64,000 bases of DNA, from the NCBI GenBank assembly GCA_963814715.1, contig CAWFDW010000003.1, positions 216,298 to 280,297 of the forward strand, in the 5' to 3' direction. Made by a program: the position numbers and the translations under genes. Below, in pieces: positions 49,129-57,526 of this stretch. Every line of letters starts with the position of its first letter. The first letter of the stretch is position 1. Origin of the DNA: an uncultured delta proteobacterium (GTDB taxonomy: Bacteria > Desulfobacterota > Binatia > Binatales > Binataceae). Under the pieces are notes generated by a model that was not told the origin of the DNA, did not search any database, and saw only the letters and a program-made list of their open reading frames with translations.

Positions 49129-50247
49129 GTGGCATTCTACGCAGACAAGGATTACACCGTCGACGAAACCGTCCTTCTGGCCGCCCAGAAGGTGATGGAG
49201 GGAAACTTAGGCCTCCACTGGTACAACGCCAAGACTGAGCGCCTCGCAGGCCGCCCCTCGGACCCGAAACGCGGACTTACCTACCAGGACCTCAACGTCG
49301 GCACCTACGGCTACACCGATATTCCCGAAGACGTGCGCACCAGTCAGTCGATGGTGTCGCGCGGCAGCGAGAAGGTCGGCAAGCTGCCCGACATGGGCTA
49401 CGTCGTCAATCGCAAGTCAGACGTATGGTCGGACAACGTCGCGGAACTTTACGAAGAGGTAAAGGCGCGGCGATGGGTCCCGGCGACCGACATCCCCTGG
49501 ACCGAGCTGCATACGAAACCCTTGCCGCACGATCTCGAGATGGCGTGTGCGCAGCTCTACACCTTTCTGCAGGAATGCCAGATCGTGTCGATGGACTTTC
49601 CGTCGAAGTGGGTCGCGCTGATCAACCAGGATTTCCTCGAGCTGAAAAGCTGGATGTGCGCGCAGATGCTCGACGCGTCGCGGCTGTTCGAGGTGTTCCG
49701 CAAGCGCGCGCTGTTCGGCGGCGCGGGCCTCGGACGCGCCAGCGCGACGGCCGAGCAGGGACTCAAGGAATGGCTGTGGGCCGATCAGTTCCCGCAAGGA
49801 TCGGTGTCGATCAATCTCACGCTCGCCGGATTCCTGCTGACCCTATATCGGCAAGTGGGTGCATTCGCGCCGACCGACGTCGATCGCAAGATCATGCGCT
49901 ACGCGATGCAGGACGGCGCGCGCCAGACCGCGTACGGCCTCGGACAACTGCGCTACCATTTGAAACATCGCCCGCTCGAAGCTAACGCGATCGAGGGTTA
50001 TCTCGACCATACCGAGCATGCGCTGATCGGATTGATCGGCAGTCCCGAGCTGCTCGAGCCGATGATCATCATCTGCGGCGGCGGCCTCGAAAAGGCGCAG
50101 GTGGACAAGGGCCGCATCGCAACCGCGAAGTTCATCCGGCTGGCAGTGAAAGAGTACATGGAGCGAATCGCCGCCGCCGGCCTCGCCGGCCACGCCAAGC
50201 GCAGCAAGATCCCCGCAATGATCGATCGCATCTCCGCCGCCGCGTAG
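49129..50247 (+). CDS. ferritin-like paralogue lacking the diiron ligands (putative structural subunit)
   Basis: Collinear with 47847-48993 (shared RGLTY.DLNVGTYG.TDIPE, W...TDIPW, FEVFRKRAL). The ligand positions read LQECQI, LDASRLFEVF, LTLAGF and MQDGARQTAYG, so 5 of 6 ligands are replaced. Confidence 0.8.
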   Translation: MAFYADKDYTVDETVLLAAQKVMEGNLGLHWYNAKTERLAGRPSDPKRGLTYQDLNVGTYGYTDIPEDVRTSQSMVSRGSEKVGKLPDMGYVVNRKSDVWSDNVAELYEEVKARRWVPATDIPWTELHTKPLPHDLEMACAQLYTFLQECQIVSMDFPSKWVALINQDFLELKSWMCAQMLDASRLFEVFRKRALFGGAGLGRASATAEQGLKEWLWADQFPQGSVSINLTLAGFLLTLYRQVGAFAPTDVDRKIMRYAMQDGARQTAYGLGQLRYHLKHRPLEANAIEGYLDHTEHALIGLIGSPELLEPMIIICGGGLEKAQVDKGRIATAKFIRLAVKEYMERIAAAGLAGHAKRSKIPAMIDRISAAA

Positions 50248-50404
50248 TCTTCGAGGTAGGACGGAATTTATTCCGTCAATCGGCCTTGACATTCAGCGCG
50301 CGATTCAAGATTCTGCACTCCGCTCGGATGCACGTGTTTTCTGGCGCTCTGCACGACTGCTAAACTGTCCCGCATGCCAAATCGTAGTTCTGCTGTAATC
50401 GCCG

Positions 50405-52409
50405 GTGCGCCGGAGACGGTGGATTGTTCCCCTGCGGAGCCGACAGGCGCTCCTGACGATCCCGACCAACGAAGCCGCGGCTTTCTCGGGCGCAGCTTCG
50501 ACCGCATCAGTTCCGCGCACCGCTCTCGTCCGATTTCTCGGCTACGTGCGGCCGCATCTATGGCTCGTTACGGGCGGCTCCGTCATGGGCATCCTGAAGT
50601 TCACGCTGCCGCTCGCGTTTCCGCTGGCCTTCAAATACGTCTTCGACGTTCTGCTGGTTCCGCAGCCGCACGCCGAGCATCTGAACTCGATGATCGACCG
50701 ATGGTGCATCGCGATCGCCGCGACGCTGCATCTCGGCGCGGGCTCCGCCGCCAAGCTCGAAGCTCTGACGGCCGCGATGTTCGTGCTGTTTCTCGTGCAG
50801 GCGATCGCGACCTACTACCGCAACTACTGGGCGAGCATGGCCGGCCATCGGCTGATCTTCGATCTGCGCTACGCGCTGTACAAGCACATGCAGCGCCTGT
50901 CGCATTCGTTTTTCGATCGCACGACCTCGGGCGCGGTGGTCTCGCGCTTCATTTCCGACATCTCGATGGCGCAGAACTTCGTCGGCTCGGCGATGATCAA
51001 CATCTGGATGGACGGCGTGTCGCTGGGATTCGTCATCTGGCTGCTGTTCTACCTGAACCCGCGGCTGGCGTGGATTTCGCTGATCATCGTTCCATTTTAC
51101 GTCGCGGTGATCAGGATTCTGTCGCCGCGAATCAAGGAGACCAGCCACGACCTGCAGGAAGTGGTCGAGGAATTTTCGGGCGAGCTGCAGGAACGCGTCG
51201 CCGGCGTCTCGACGGTGAAATCGTTTGCGCGCGAGGCGGACGAGGCGCGCCGGTTCCACAAGCGCACGACCGAAATGTACGACCTGACTATCGAGAGCGT
51301 GAAGCTTTCGTCAACCCATCAGATGTACACCGAGTTCATCTCGCGCGGCGCGCCGTTAATCGTGGTCTGGGCGGGCGCGCTGATGATCATGCACGGCAAG
51401 ATGACTATCGGAACGGTGGTCGCGTTCTTCGGCCTTCTTCCCGCGCTCTATCTGCCGTTGCAGCGCTTCTCGGAGTTGTCGATCATCGTGGCTACCGCGC
51501 TGGCGGCCATCGAGCGAATCTTCGCGTTCTTCGACGAGACCCCGGAGGTGCACGACGTGCCCGGTGCGGCGGCGTTGCAGGTGAAGAGCGGGCTGGTCGA
51601 GATCGAGCATCTGCGCTTCGGCTACAAGCCGCTCGACGGCGGCCCAATTCGCATCACGCTCGACGACGTGAACCTGAAAGTGCCTGCTGGGACGACGGTC
51701 GCGCTGGTGGGACGATCGGGCGCCGGCAAGACTACGCTCGCCGGCTTGATCCCGCGATTCTACGAACTCGCTGCCGGCCGCATCTTAATCGACGGCACCG
51801 ACATTTCGACGGTGACGCTGAAGTCGTTGCGCGATTCGATCGGGATCGTGCCGCAGGACGCGATCCTGTTCAGCGCGTCGATTCGCGAGAACGTGCAGTA
51901 CGGGCGGCCCGGCGCGCCGGACGCGAACGTGTGGCGCGCACTCGAGCAGGCCAACATCCGCGACTTCGTCGAGTCGTTGCCCGACCGTCTCGACACGATG
52001 ATAGGCGAGGGCGGTGTGCGTCCTTCGACCGGCCAGCGGCAACGGCTGGCGCTCGCGCGCGTGTTTCTGAAAGATCCGCCGATTCTGATTCTCGACGAAG
52101 CGACGTCGGGTCTCGATTCAGAGGTCGAAAACCTGATTCACGACGCCGTGCGCCGCCTGATGAAGGGGCGGACATCGTTCCTGATTGCACATCGGCTCGC
52201 GAGCGCGGTCGACGCCGACGTGATCGTCGTGCTCGATCGCGGGCAAGATAGTCGAGGTCGGTTCGCATGCCGAGCTGGTGAAGCGCGCCGGCGTCTATTC
52301 GCAACTGTTCAACGAGCAGACGCGCAAGCTGCGCCTGACGCCCGATCACATCGCGCGCGTCCCCGGCTCGCTGAGCCCAGCGACGGCGAGCGGAGTTCGC
52401 ACCGACTAG
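50405..52409 (+). CDS. ABC exporter, fused permease + ATPase (MsbA-like); frameshift at 52244
   Basis: Six-TM domain, Walker A GRSGAGKTT, signature PSTGQRQRLALARVF, Walker B ILILDEATSGLD. Skipping C52244 restores the canonical end ...VVLDRGKIVEVGSHAELVKRAGVYSQLFNEQ... with stop at 52407-52409. Confidence 0.85.
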
Positions 52410-52439
52410 AATTGTGCAGGTAATGCGGGCGCGTCGAGT

Positions 52440-52714
52440 CTAGAGCTCGGCAATCACGTAGGCGAACAGCGCGAAGAATGCCGCTCCTACGACGACGTAC
52501 TCGATGACCTTGTGCCGTCGTGGTCTTCGGTGGAGCGAACGACTTGTCGTGCGTCTGGAATTTCACGATGACCGGTCCAGTCGTGCGTTGTCATCGACGT
52601 CCCAAATAGCGTCGGAGAATTGTCAATCGACAGCACGTTGATCCGGTTGCTGGCGTGCTCCAGCCATTCTTCGTAGTCGTCGGCGCTGGTGAACTGCCTT
52701 GTAAAAATAGCCAT
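52440..52714 (-). CDS. small tail-anchored membrane protein; apparently two frameshifts (52567, 52512)
   Basis: ATG 52714 gives MAIFTRQFTSADDYEEWLEH...THDWTGH. Skipping one C continues as VKFQTHDKSFAPPKTTTA. Skipping another continues as KVIEYVVVGAAFFALFAYVIAEL*. The reconstruction is an inference. Confidence 0.35.
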
Positions 52715-52820
52715 CTCATGACCCCCGCATCTCACTGCGTTCAGGTTCTGACATCACCAAAATAGGCAAGGCGTCAGTCTAAATCAATCTACGTGATTCA
52801 ATAACGTATCCTACCGTTGC

Positions 52821-54198
52821 CTATCGATACGGATAAAAAACGTAAAACAGGACCGACAGAATGCATAAAATCCACAATCCTGCGCGAATTTCGCGATAGC
52901 GGCCAGCGGCAATCTTGAAAAGTGGATAAAGAATCAGGCCGGCCGTGATACCGACGCCGATGTTGTAGGTGAAGCTCATCAGCGCAATCACGGTGAAGGC
53001 GGGAATCAGTTCGGTGTAGTCGTCGAAGTCGATTTTGACGACCGGCGCGACCATCATCGCGCCGACGACGATCAGGGCGGGCGCGTAAGCGGCGGCCGGA
53101 ATCGCGGCGACGATCGGCGCGAAGAACAGCGACATTGCGAACAGTGTGGCGACCACGACCGCGGTCAGCCCGGTGCGTCCGCCGACCTGGACACCGGCAG
53201 GCAGACTCGATGTACGCGCCGGCGGTGGTGGTGCCGGCGAGGCCCGCGAACATCGTCGCGATCGCGTCGGCGAGCATCGGCCGTTCGATTTGCGGCAGGT
53301 TGCCGTCGGCGTCGAGAAATCCTGCGCGCGCGGAGACTCCTATCAGCGAGCCCATCGTGTCGATCAACGCCATCACGAAGATTGTCAGCAGTACGCCGAA
53401 AGAATCCGACGCTCAACGCGCCGTGCAGATCGAGTTGCAGCATGATTGGCGCGGGATTCGGCGGCATGCTGACCCACGCCGCCGGCGGCTTCGCGACGCC
53501 GGTCGACGAAAGCAATCGCGGCCGAGATCAGAATGCCGAGCAGAATCGCGCCCGGCACCCGGCGCACCATCAAGAACAGCGATCAGCACGAAGCTCAGAA
53601 TCGCGATCTCGACCGACGGCGTCGCAAGGTTGCCGAGTCTCACCGGAGCGCCGGGCACGCCAATCGCGACGATGCCGGATTCGTTGAGTCCGATGAAAGT
53701 CAGAAACAGTCCGATTCCCACGCCGAAGCTGTAGCTGAGGCCGGACGGAAGCGCTTCGACCATCCAGGCTCGCACGCGCGCGACAGTCAACAGCGTGAAC
53801 ATCACGCCGGCGAGGAACACCGCGGCCATCGCGGTTTGCCAACTGTAGCCGAGCACCTTCACGACCGTGTATGCGACGAACGCGTTCTCGCCCATGTACG
53901 GCGCGATCGCGAACGGCCGATTGGCGTACAGGCCCATCACGAGCGTTCCGACCATGGCGGTCATCACGGTCGCGACCATCGAAGGTCCCTCGGGGATGCC
54001 GGCGGCTTTCAGAATCGCGGGATTGACCGCGATGATGTACGACATCGTGACGAAGGTGGTGACGCCGGCGAGCACCTCGCGCCGAAACGTGGTGCCTGCG
54101 GCTTCGAGTCCGAAGTAGTTTGCGATTCGCGATGCCAATCGAAGTCCGCGACTTGAGCGCGACGCCTGAATTACCACGTCGCGGCGAGCATACGCCAC
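52821..54198 (-). pseudogene. NCS2/AzgA-type purine (adenine/guanine/hypoxanthine) permease, broken by at least 4 frameshifts
   Basis: Five collinear fragments in three frames reconstruct one permease:
- YFGLEAAGTTFRREVLAGVTTFVTMSYIIAVNP...;
- MVRRVPGAILLGILISAAIAF;
- AKPPAAWVSMPPNPAPIMLQLDL;
- MALIDTMGSLIGVSARAGFLDADGNLPQIERPMLADAIATMFAGLAGTTTAGAYIES;
- ...VVATLFAMSLFFAPIVAAIPAAAYAPALIVVGAMM....
Shifts lie near 53585, 53505, 53400 and 53190. Confidence 0.8.
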
Positions 54199-54282
54199 AA
54201 CAATGCGTGCAAATGCGGTTTGTTATATAACGAGCAATCGTCAGCGCGCTGTCGTCACGCCATCAAATCTCAGAGTGAGAAA

Positions 54283-55052
54283 ATGAAAGAAGAAAAACTT
54301 GCGAAGATACCGGCAGGGAAGACTCCAGTCGCTCCCAAATCGATCACCACGCTCGCCGTGGATGTTGGCGGAACGGGAATCAAGGCGGCCGCGCTCGACG
54401 AAAAAGGCAAGATGATCACCGAGCGGCAAAAAATCAAGACGCCGCACAACGCGACGCCGAAGAAAGTGATCGCGATCATCCAGGAGCTCGCGAAGATGGC
54501 CGGCGAGTTCGACCGCGTGTCGGTCGGATTTCCCGGCGTGATCAAAAATGGCGTCGTTTACACTGCGGTGAACCTTGGGCAAGGGATGGAAAGCCTTCAA
54601 GCTCGAAGCGGAGCTGAGGAAGAAGCTCAAGAAGCCCGTTCGAGTCGCCAACGACGCCGACGTGCAGGGCCTCGGATGCGTCACCGGCCATGGCGACGAG
54701 CTGGTGATCACGCTCGGTACCGGATTCGGATCGGTGCTGTTCGTCGACGGTCATCGGATTCATCTCGAGCTGGGACATCATCCGTTTCGCAACGGCAAGA
54801 CCTACGAAGATGAGCTGGGCATCAAGGCGTTCCTGAAGAAGGGCAAGAAGAAGTGGAACAAGCACCTGCGCGAAGCGATTGACGAGCTGGCGAAGACCTT
54901 CAACTACGACCGGCTGTACATCGGCGGCGGCAACGCGGCGACGATCAACTTCAAGCTGCCGTCGAACGTCAAGGCTAGTCAGCAATACCGACGGCCTGCT
55001 CGGCGGCATCAAGCTGTGGCAGGATCAAGCGACGGCGAAGAAAGCTGCGTGA
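54283..55052 (+). CDS. ROK-family / polyphosphate glucokinase-like sugar kinase; two frameshifts (54580, 54974)
   Basis: LAVDVGGTGIKAAALD (ATP-binding), GFPGVIKNGVV, VANDADVQGLG, ITLGTGFGS. The joins are ...AVNLG|KGWKAFKLE... and ...PSNVK|LVSNTDGLLGGIKLW..., with stop at 55050-55052. About 255 aa after repair. Confidence 0.8.
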
Positions 55053-55114
55053 GAAGGCAGCCGGCGGCGAATGTCGCACCGCAATCGCGAATGCGATAAT
55101 TCCTATAAGATCCG

Positions 55115-55204
55115 GGAGGGGTGGCCGAGCGGTTGAAGGCACCGGTCTTGAAAACCGGCAGGGATGAAAGTCCCTCGTGGGTTCGAATCCCACCCCCTCC
55201 GCCA
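55115..55204 (+). tRNA. tRNA-Ser (anticodon TGA)
   Basis: GGAGGGG acceptor pairs with CCCCTCC. GCCGAGCGGTTGAAGGC D-arm. Anticodon arm CCGGT-CTTGAAA-ACCGG. Long variable arm. T-arm GTGGG-TTCGAAT-CCCAC. G-CCA. Confidence 0.93.
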
Positions 55205-55209
55205 ACTCC

Positions 55210-55653
55210 TCAATGGCGAGCAGGCTCGAACAGCTCAATCGGATTGCCGTCGGGATCTTCAATTTGAATCTGTTTGCCACCGGGGCCGACCTCGATTTCA
55301 TTTCTAAAACGCAGACTCGCCTTTTTCAGCTCCGCAATGCGCGCAGGCAAATCCTGGACCTGAAGGAGCACACGGTTCCATCCGCCGGGCTCTTGTTGAC
55401 GGCCATCGCACATTGGTCGCGACCCAGATGCCCCAGGACCGCTCAAGATTAACTTGAGGCCACCTATTGAAACCTGGCCGAAAGCCGGCAGGTTCTGCAT
55501 GTCCAGATTGAAACCAAGCGTCTGCGTATAAAAAGTAATTGCCCGCTGAACATCTTTGACCTGATATCGAACACCCCAAAACCCCACAATGAAAGCCTGT
55601 GTCGTATGAGATGACTCCGAGTGTTGCTTCTGGCTCTCTTGTATTGAATTCAT
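55210..55653 (-). CDS. VOC/glyoxalase-bleomycin-resistance family protein
   Basis: ATG 55653 is preferred because the upstream extension overlaps the sigma-factor gene. Contains YQVKDVQRAITFYTQTLGF and IEDPDGNPIELFE. Confidence 0.8.
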   Translation of the reverse strand: MNSIQESQKQHSESSHTTQAFIVGFWGVRYQVKDVQRAITFYTQTLGFNLDMQNLPAFGQVSIGGLKLILSGPGASGSRPMCDGRQQEPGGWNRVLLQVQDLPARIAELKKASLRFRNEIEVGPGGKQIQIEDPDGNPIELFEPARH

Positions 55654-55750
55654 AGGTAGACACTCCAGTCGCCGCTGATTCGCCCTCGTGATTCCCATCC
55701 GATGTCGCTCGCACGGCGCGTTGCCGCAATTCGAATCAACAGATGCTCGT

Positions 55751-56695
55751 TCATTCGGGATCGCTCTCGTGCCGCGCCCGCACCAAGTGGCGTAACTTAT
55801 CCGGATTGCGCACAATGTACACCGCTCGAATGACGTCATCTTCAATCTCGAACGCCGCAGTTTGCACCGGACCCTCGGGTGCGTCCACGATGATACCGGG
55901 CAGGCCGTTGACGTTTGCAAAGCGCGTCCTGAACTCTTGGCGCCACCACGCACCTGGACGTTTGCGCGAGACTTCAATCAGGAACCGCGCCGCGCGATCG
56001 GCGCCTTCGATCACGTCCAGAGCCGCCCGCACTCTGCCGCCGCCGTCTGTCACGATGCGCACGTCGCTCGCAAGCAACTGCGTCAGCGCATTGAGATCGC
56101 CTGACTGGGTTGCCGCCGCGAATGCGGACATGAGTTGTGCATGCTTCGCAGAGATCTCGCCCGGACGCGGCGTCGGCGCAGCGGCGCCGCGTGGTCGTAA
56201 CGCGCGCACGTGAGCGCGTGCGCGGGTGGCCAGCTTCCGGCATGCGGTCTCGCTCCGATCCAGTGTCGTGGCCACTTCACTGAAAGAGAAATCGAACACG
56301 TCGTGCAGTAGGAAAGCTGCACGCTCGAGCGGTGACATTTGGTCGAGGATCAAGAGCAGCGCTATCGATAGGTCTTCAGCCAATTCCGTGCGGCTGTCGG
56401 GCGCGAGCGCTGCCGTGTCCAGAACCGGCTCCGGCAGCCACGGGCCGACGTACTCCTCGTGCCGGGCGCGAGCCGACGTCAGCATGTCGAGACAAATCCG
56501 TGTCGTCGTAGTCATGAGAAACGCCCTCGGGTCCAACACTCTGTGGCGGTCGGAGGCATGCCAGCGCAAGTACGTTTCCTGTACTGCGTCCTCGGCGTCA
56601 GCCATCGATCCGAGCATGCGATACGCAAGACCGAGCAAGCGCCGGCGATACGGCTGGAAGCTCTCGGCGGGACTCGACACGCTCGTGGAACTCAC
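55751..56695 (-). CDS. ECF sigma factor, SigJ/ECF41-like with C-terminal SnoaL-type extension
   Basis: Region 2 (DAEDAVQETYLRW), region 4 (SFSEVATTLDRSETACRKLATRAR), and an extra C-terminal domain of about 130 aa (..VRIVTDGGG...NGLPGIIV...). Confidence 0.85.
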   Translation of the reverse strand: MSSTSVSSPAESFQPYRRRLLGLAYRMLGSMADAEDAVQETYLRWHASDRHRVLDPRAFLMTTTTRICLDMLTSARARHEEYVGPWLPEPVLDTAALAPDSRTELAEDLSIALLLILDQMSPLERAAFLLHDVFDFSFSEVATTLDRSETACRKLATRARAHVRALRPRGAAAPTPRPGEISAKHAQLMSAFAAATQSGDLNALTQLLASDVRIVTDGGGRVRAALDVIEGADRAARFLIEVSRKRPGAWWRQEFRTRFANVNGLPGIIVDAPEGPVQTAAFEIEDDVIRAVYIVRNPDKLRHLVRARHESDPE

Positions 56696-57141
56696 GTCAT
56701 TCGCTCGGGCTCTGAGGCAGTGCGGCGGCAGCGGGCCAGAGCCAGCCCGCCGAGGGCCAGGGCAATTATCCCCAACACGAACGCCGCTGCGCCACCGACT
56801 ACTCCATTGCCGGTGCCAGGACCACCTTTGGCGACGGCCAAATTCAGCCAGCCATTACTCACGGCGATTAGCCCCGCCACCAGGACCACAATGGCTCCGA
56901 GTCGCCCGGAGTCCGTACCGAAGCGACTGGCGGGACGAGCCAGAGCCAGCCCACCGATGGCCACGCCGACCAGTGCTACCATGGCGACCGTGGTGGCCCA
57001 GAGTCTCCGCGCGGTGACGCCGTAAACTGTGATGGAGGCTGGCTCGGAAACGTGTGCGGCGACCAGCACACCATGCACAAGCCCCCCGAACAGGGCGGTT
57101 ACAACCAGGGCGGCGAGAGCAATAGCGAAGGTTCGTTTCAT
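56692..57141 (-). CDS. DUF6223-like small membrane protein, translationally coupled to the ECF sigma gene
   Basis: 149 aa with 4 Gly/Ala/Val-rich TM helices and repeated IGGLALAR / LGGLALAR boxes. 4-nt overlap with the sigma-factor start. The family name is from memory. Confidence 0.6.
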   Translation of the reverse strand: MKRTFAIALAALVVTALFGGLVHGVLVAAHVSEPASITVYGVTARRLWATTVAMVALVGVAIGGLALARPASRFGTDSGRLGAIVVLVAGLIAVSNGWLNLAVAKGGPGTGNGVVGGAAAFVLGIIALALGGLALARCRRTASEPERMT

Positions 57142-57354
57142 AGATTCTTCACTCCTCTAGCCTCCAATAGTGAGACGGGGTAGCGCTTCGAAATGTGACA
57201 TTGGTTGGCGGCGAAAACCTTATTCATTACAGGAGTCTCCGGTGCAGAGAGATTCCGTCGAGTAGGGAATTTGCGAGAGAAGGCCAGTAAGACGCGGACT
57301 TTCGGTGCTGCTGAGGCGGCAAAAGCGCCACGAATGCGTGAAGTTCCCTGTTCT

Positions 57355-57373
57355 TTCCCTGATCATCAGGGAA
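57355..57373. promoter_or_regulatory. perfect palindrome TTCCCTGAT-C-ATCAGGGAA (operator-like), followed by TTGACG
   Basis: 9-bp arms, located 154 nt upstream of the orphan gene start. A half-site-like GTTCCCTG lies 5 nt upstream. TTGACG is at 57375-57380. Confidence 0.3.
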
Positions 57374-57526
57374 TTTGACGCGGAAAGCGGTTCGCATCAG
57401 ACTGCATCATCCGCCATCGGAGTGTTCGAGCTATGAGTGTGCGGATGAGCGGCGGATTGGATTAGCAAGTCGCGCTAGCCTCGGTCAGTTTGCGGGCGCT
57501 GACCAGCTTGCGTTGGGAGCATCTTG

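Noticed and set aside
50260-50314. Hairpin GACGGAAT-TT-ATTCCGTC plus TTGACA-17-GATTCT as terminator and promoter between the diiron paralogue and the ABC exporter
   Set aside because: The 8-bp stem has no U-tract and the -10 match is weak (3 of 6). It is too weak to call as a feature and is mentioned only as a possible operon boundary.
48549-54583. Programmed +1 ribosomal frameshifting at GGG-C-AA(G/T), seen three times (48552, 52244, 54580)
   Set aside because: GGGCAA heptamer contexts also occur in frame without any break (e.g. near 7766, 26740, 28028, 59051). The other frame breaks, more than 12, have unrelated contexts. No stimulatory SD or stop-codon context is present. Sequencing insertion error is the simpler explanation.
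55654-55977. 108-codon upstream extension of the VOC gene (track 55210-55977)
   Set aside because: It overlaps the 3' end of the ECF sigma gene on the same strand and is Arg/Cys-rich. The VOC domain begins after ATG 55653.
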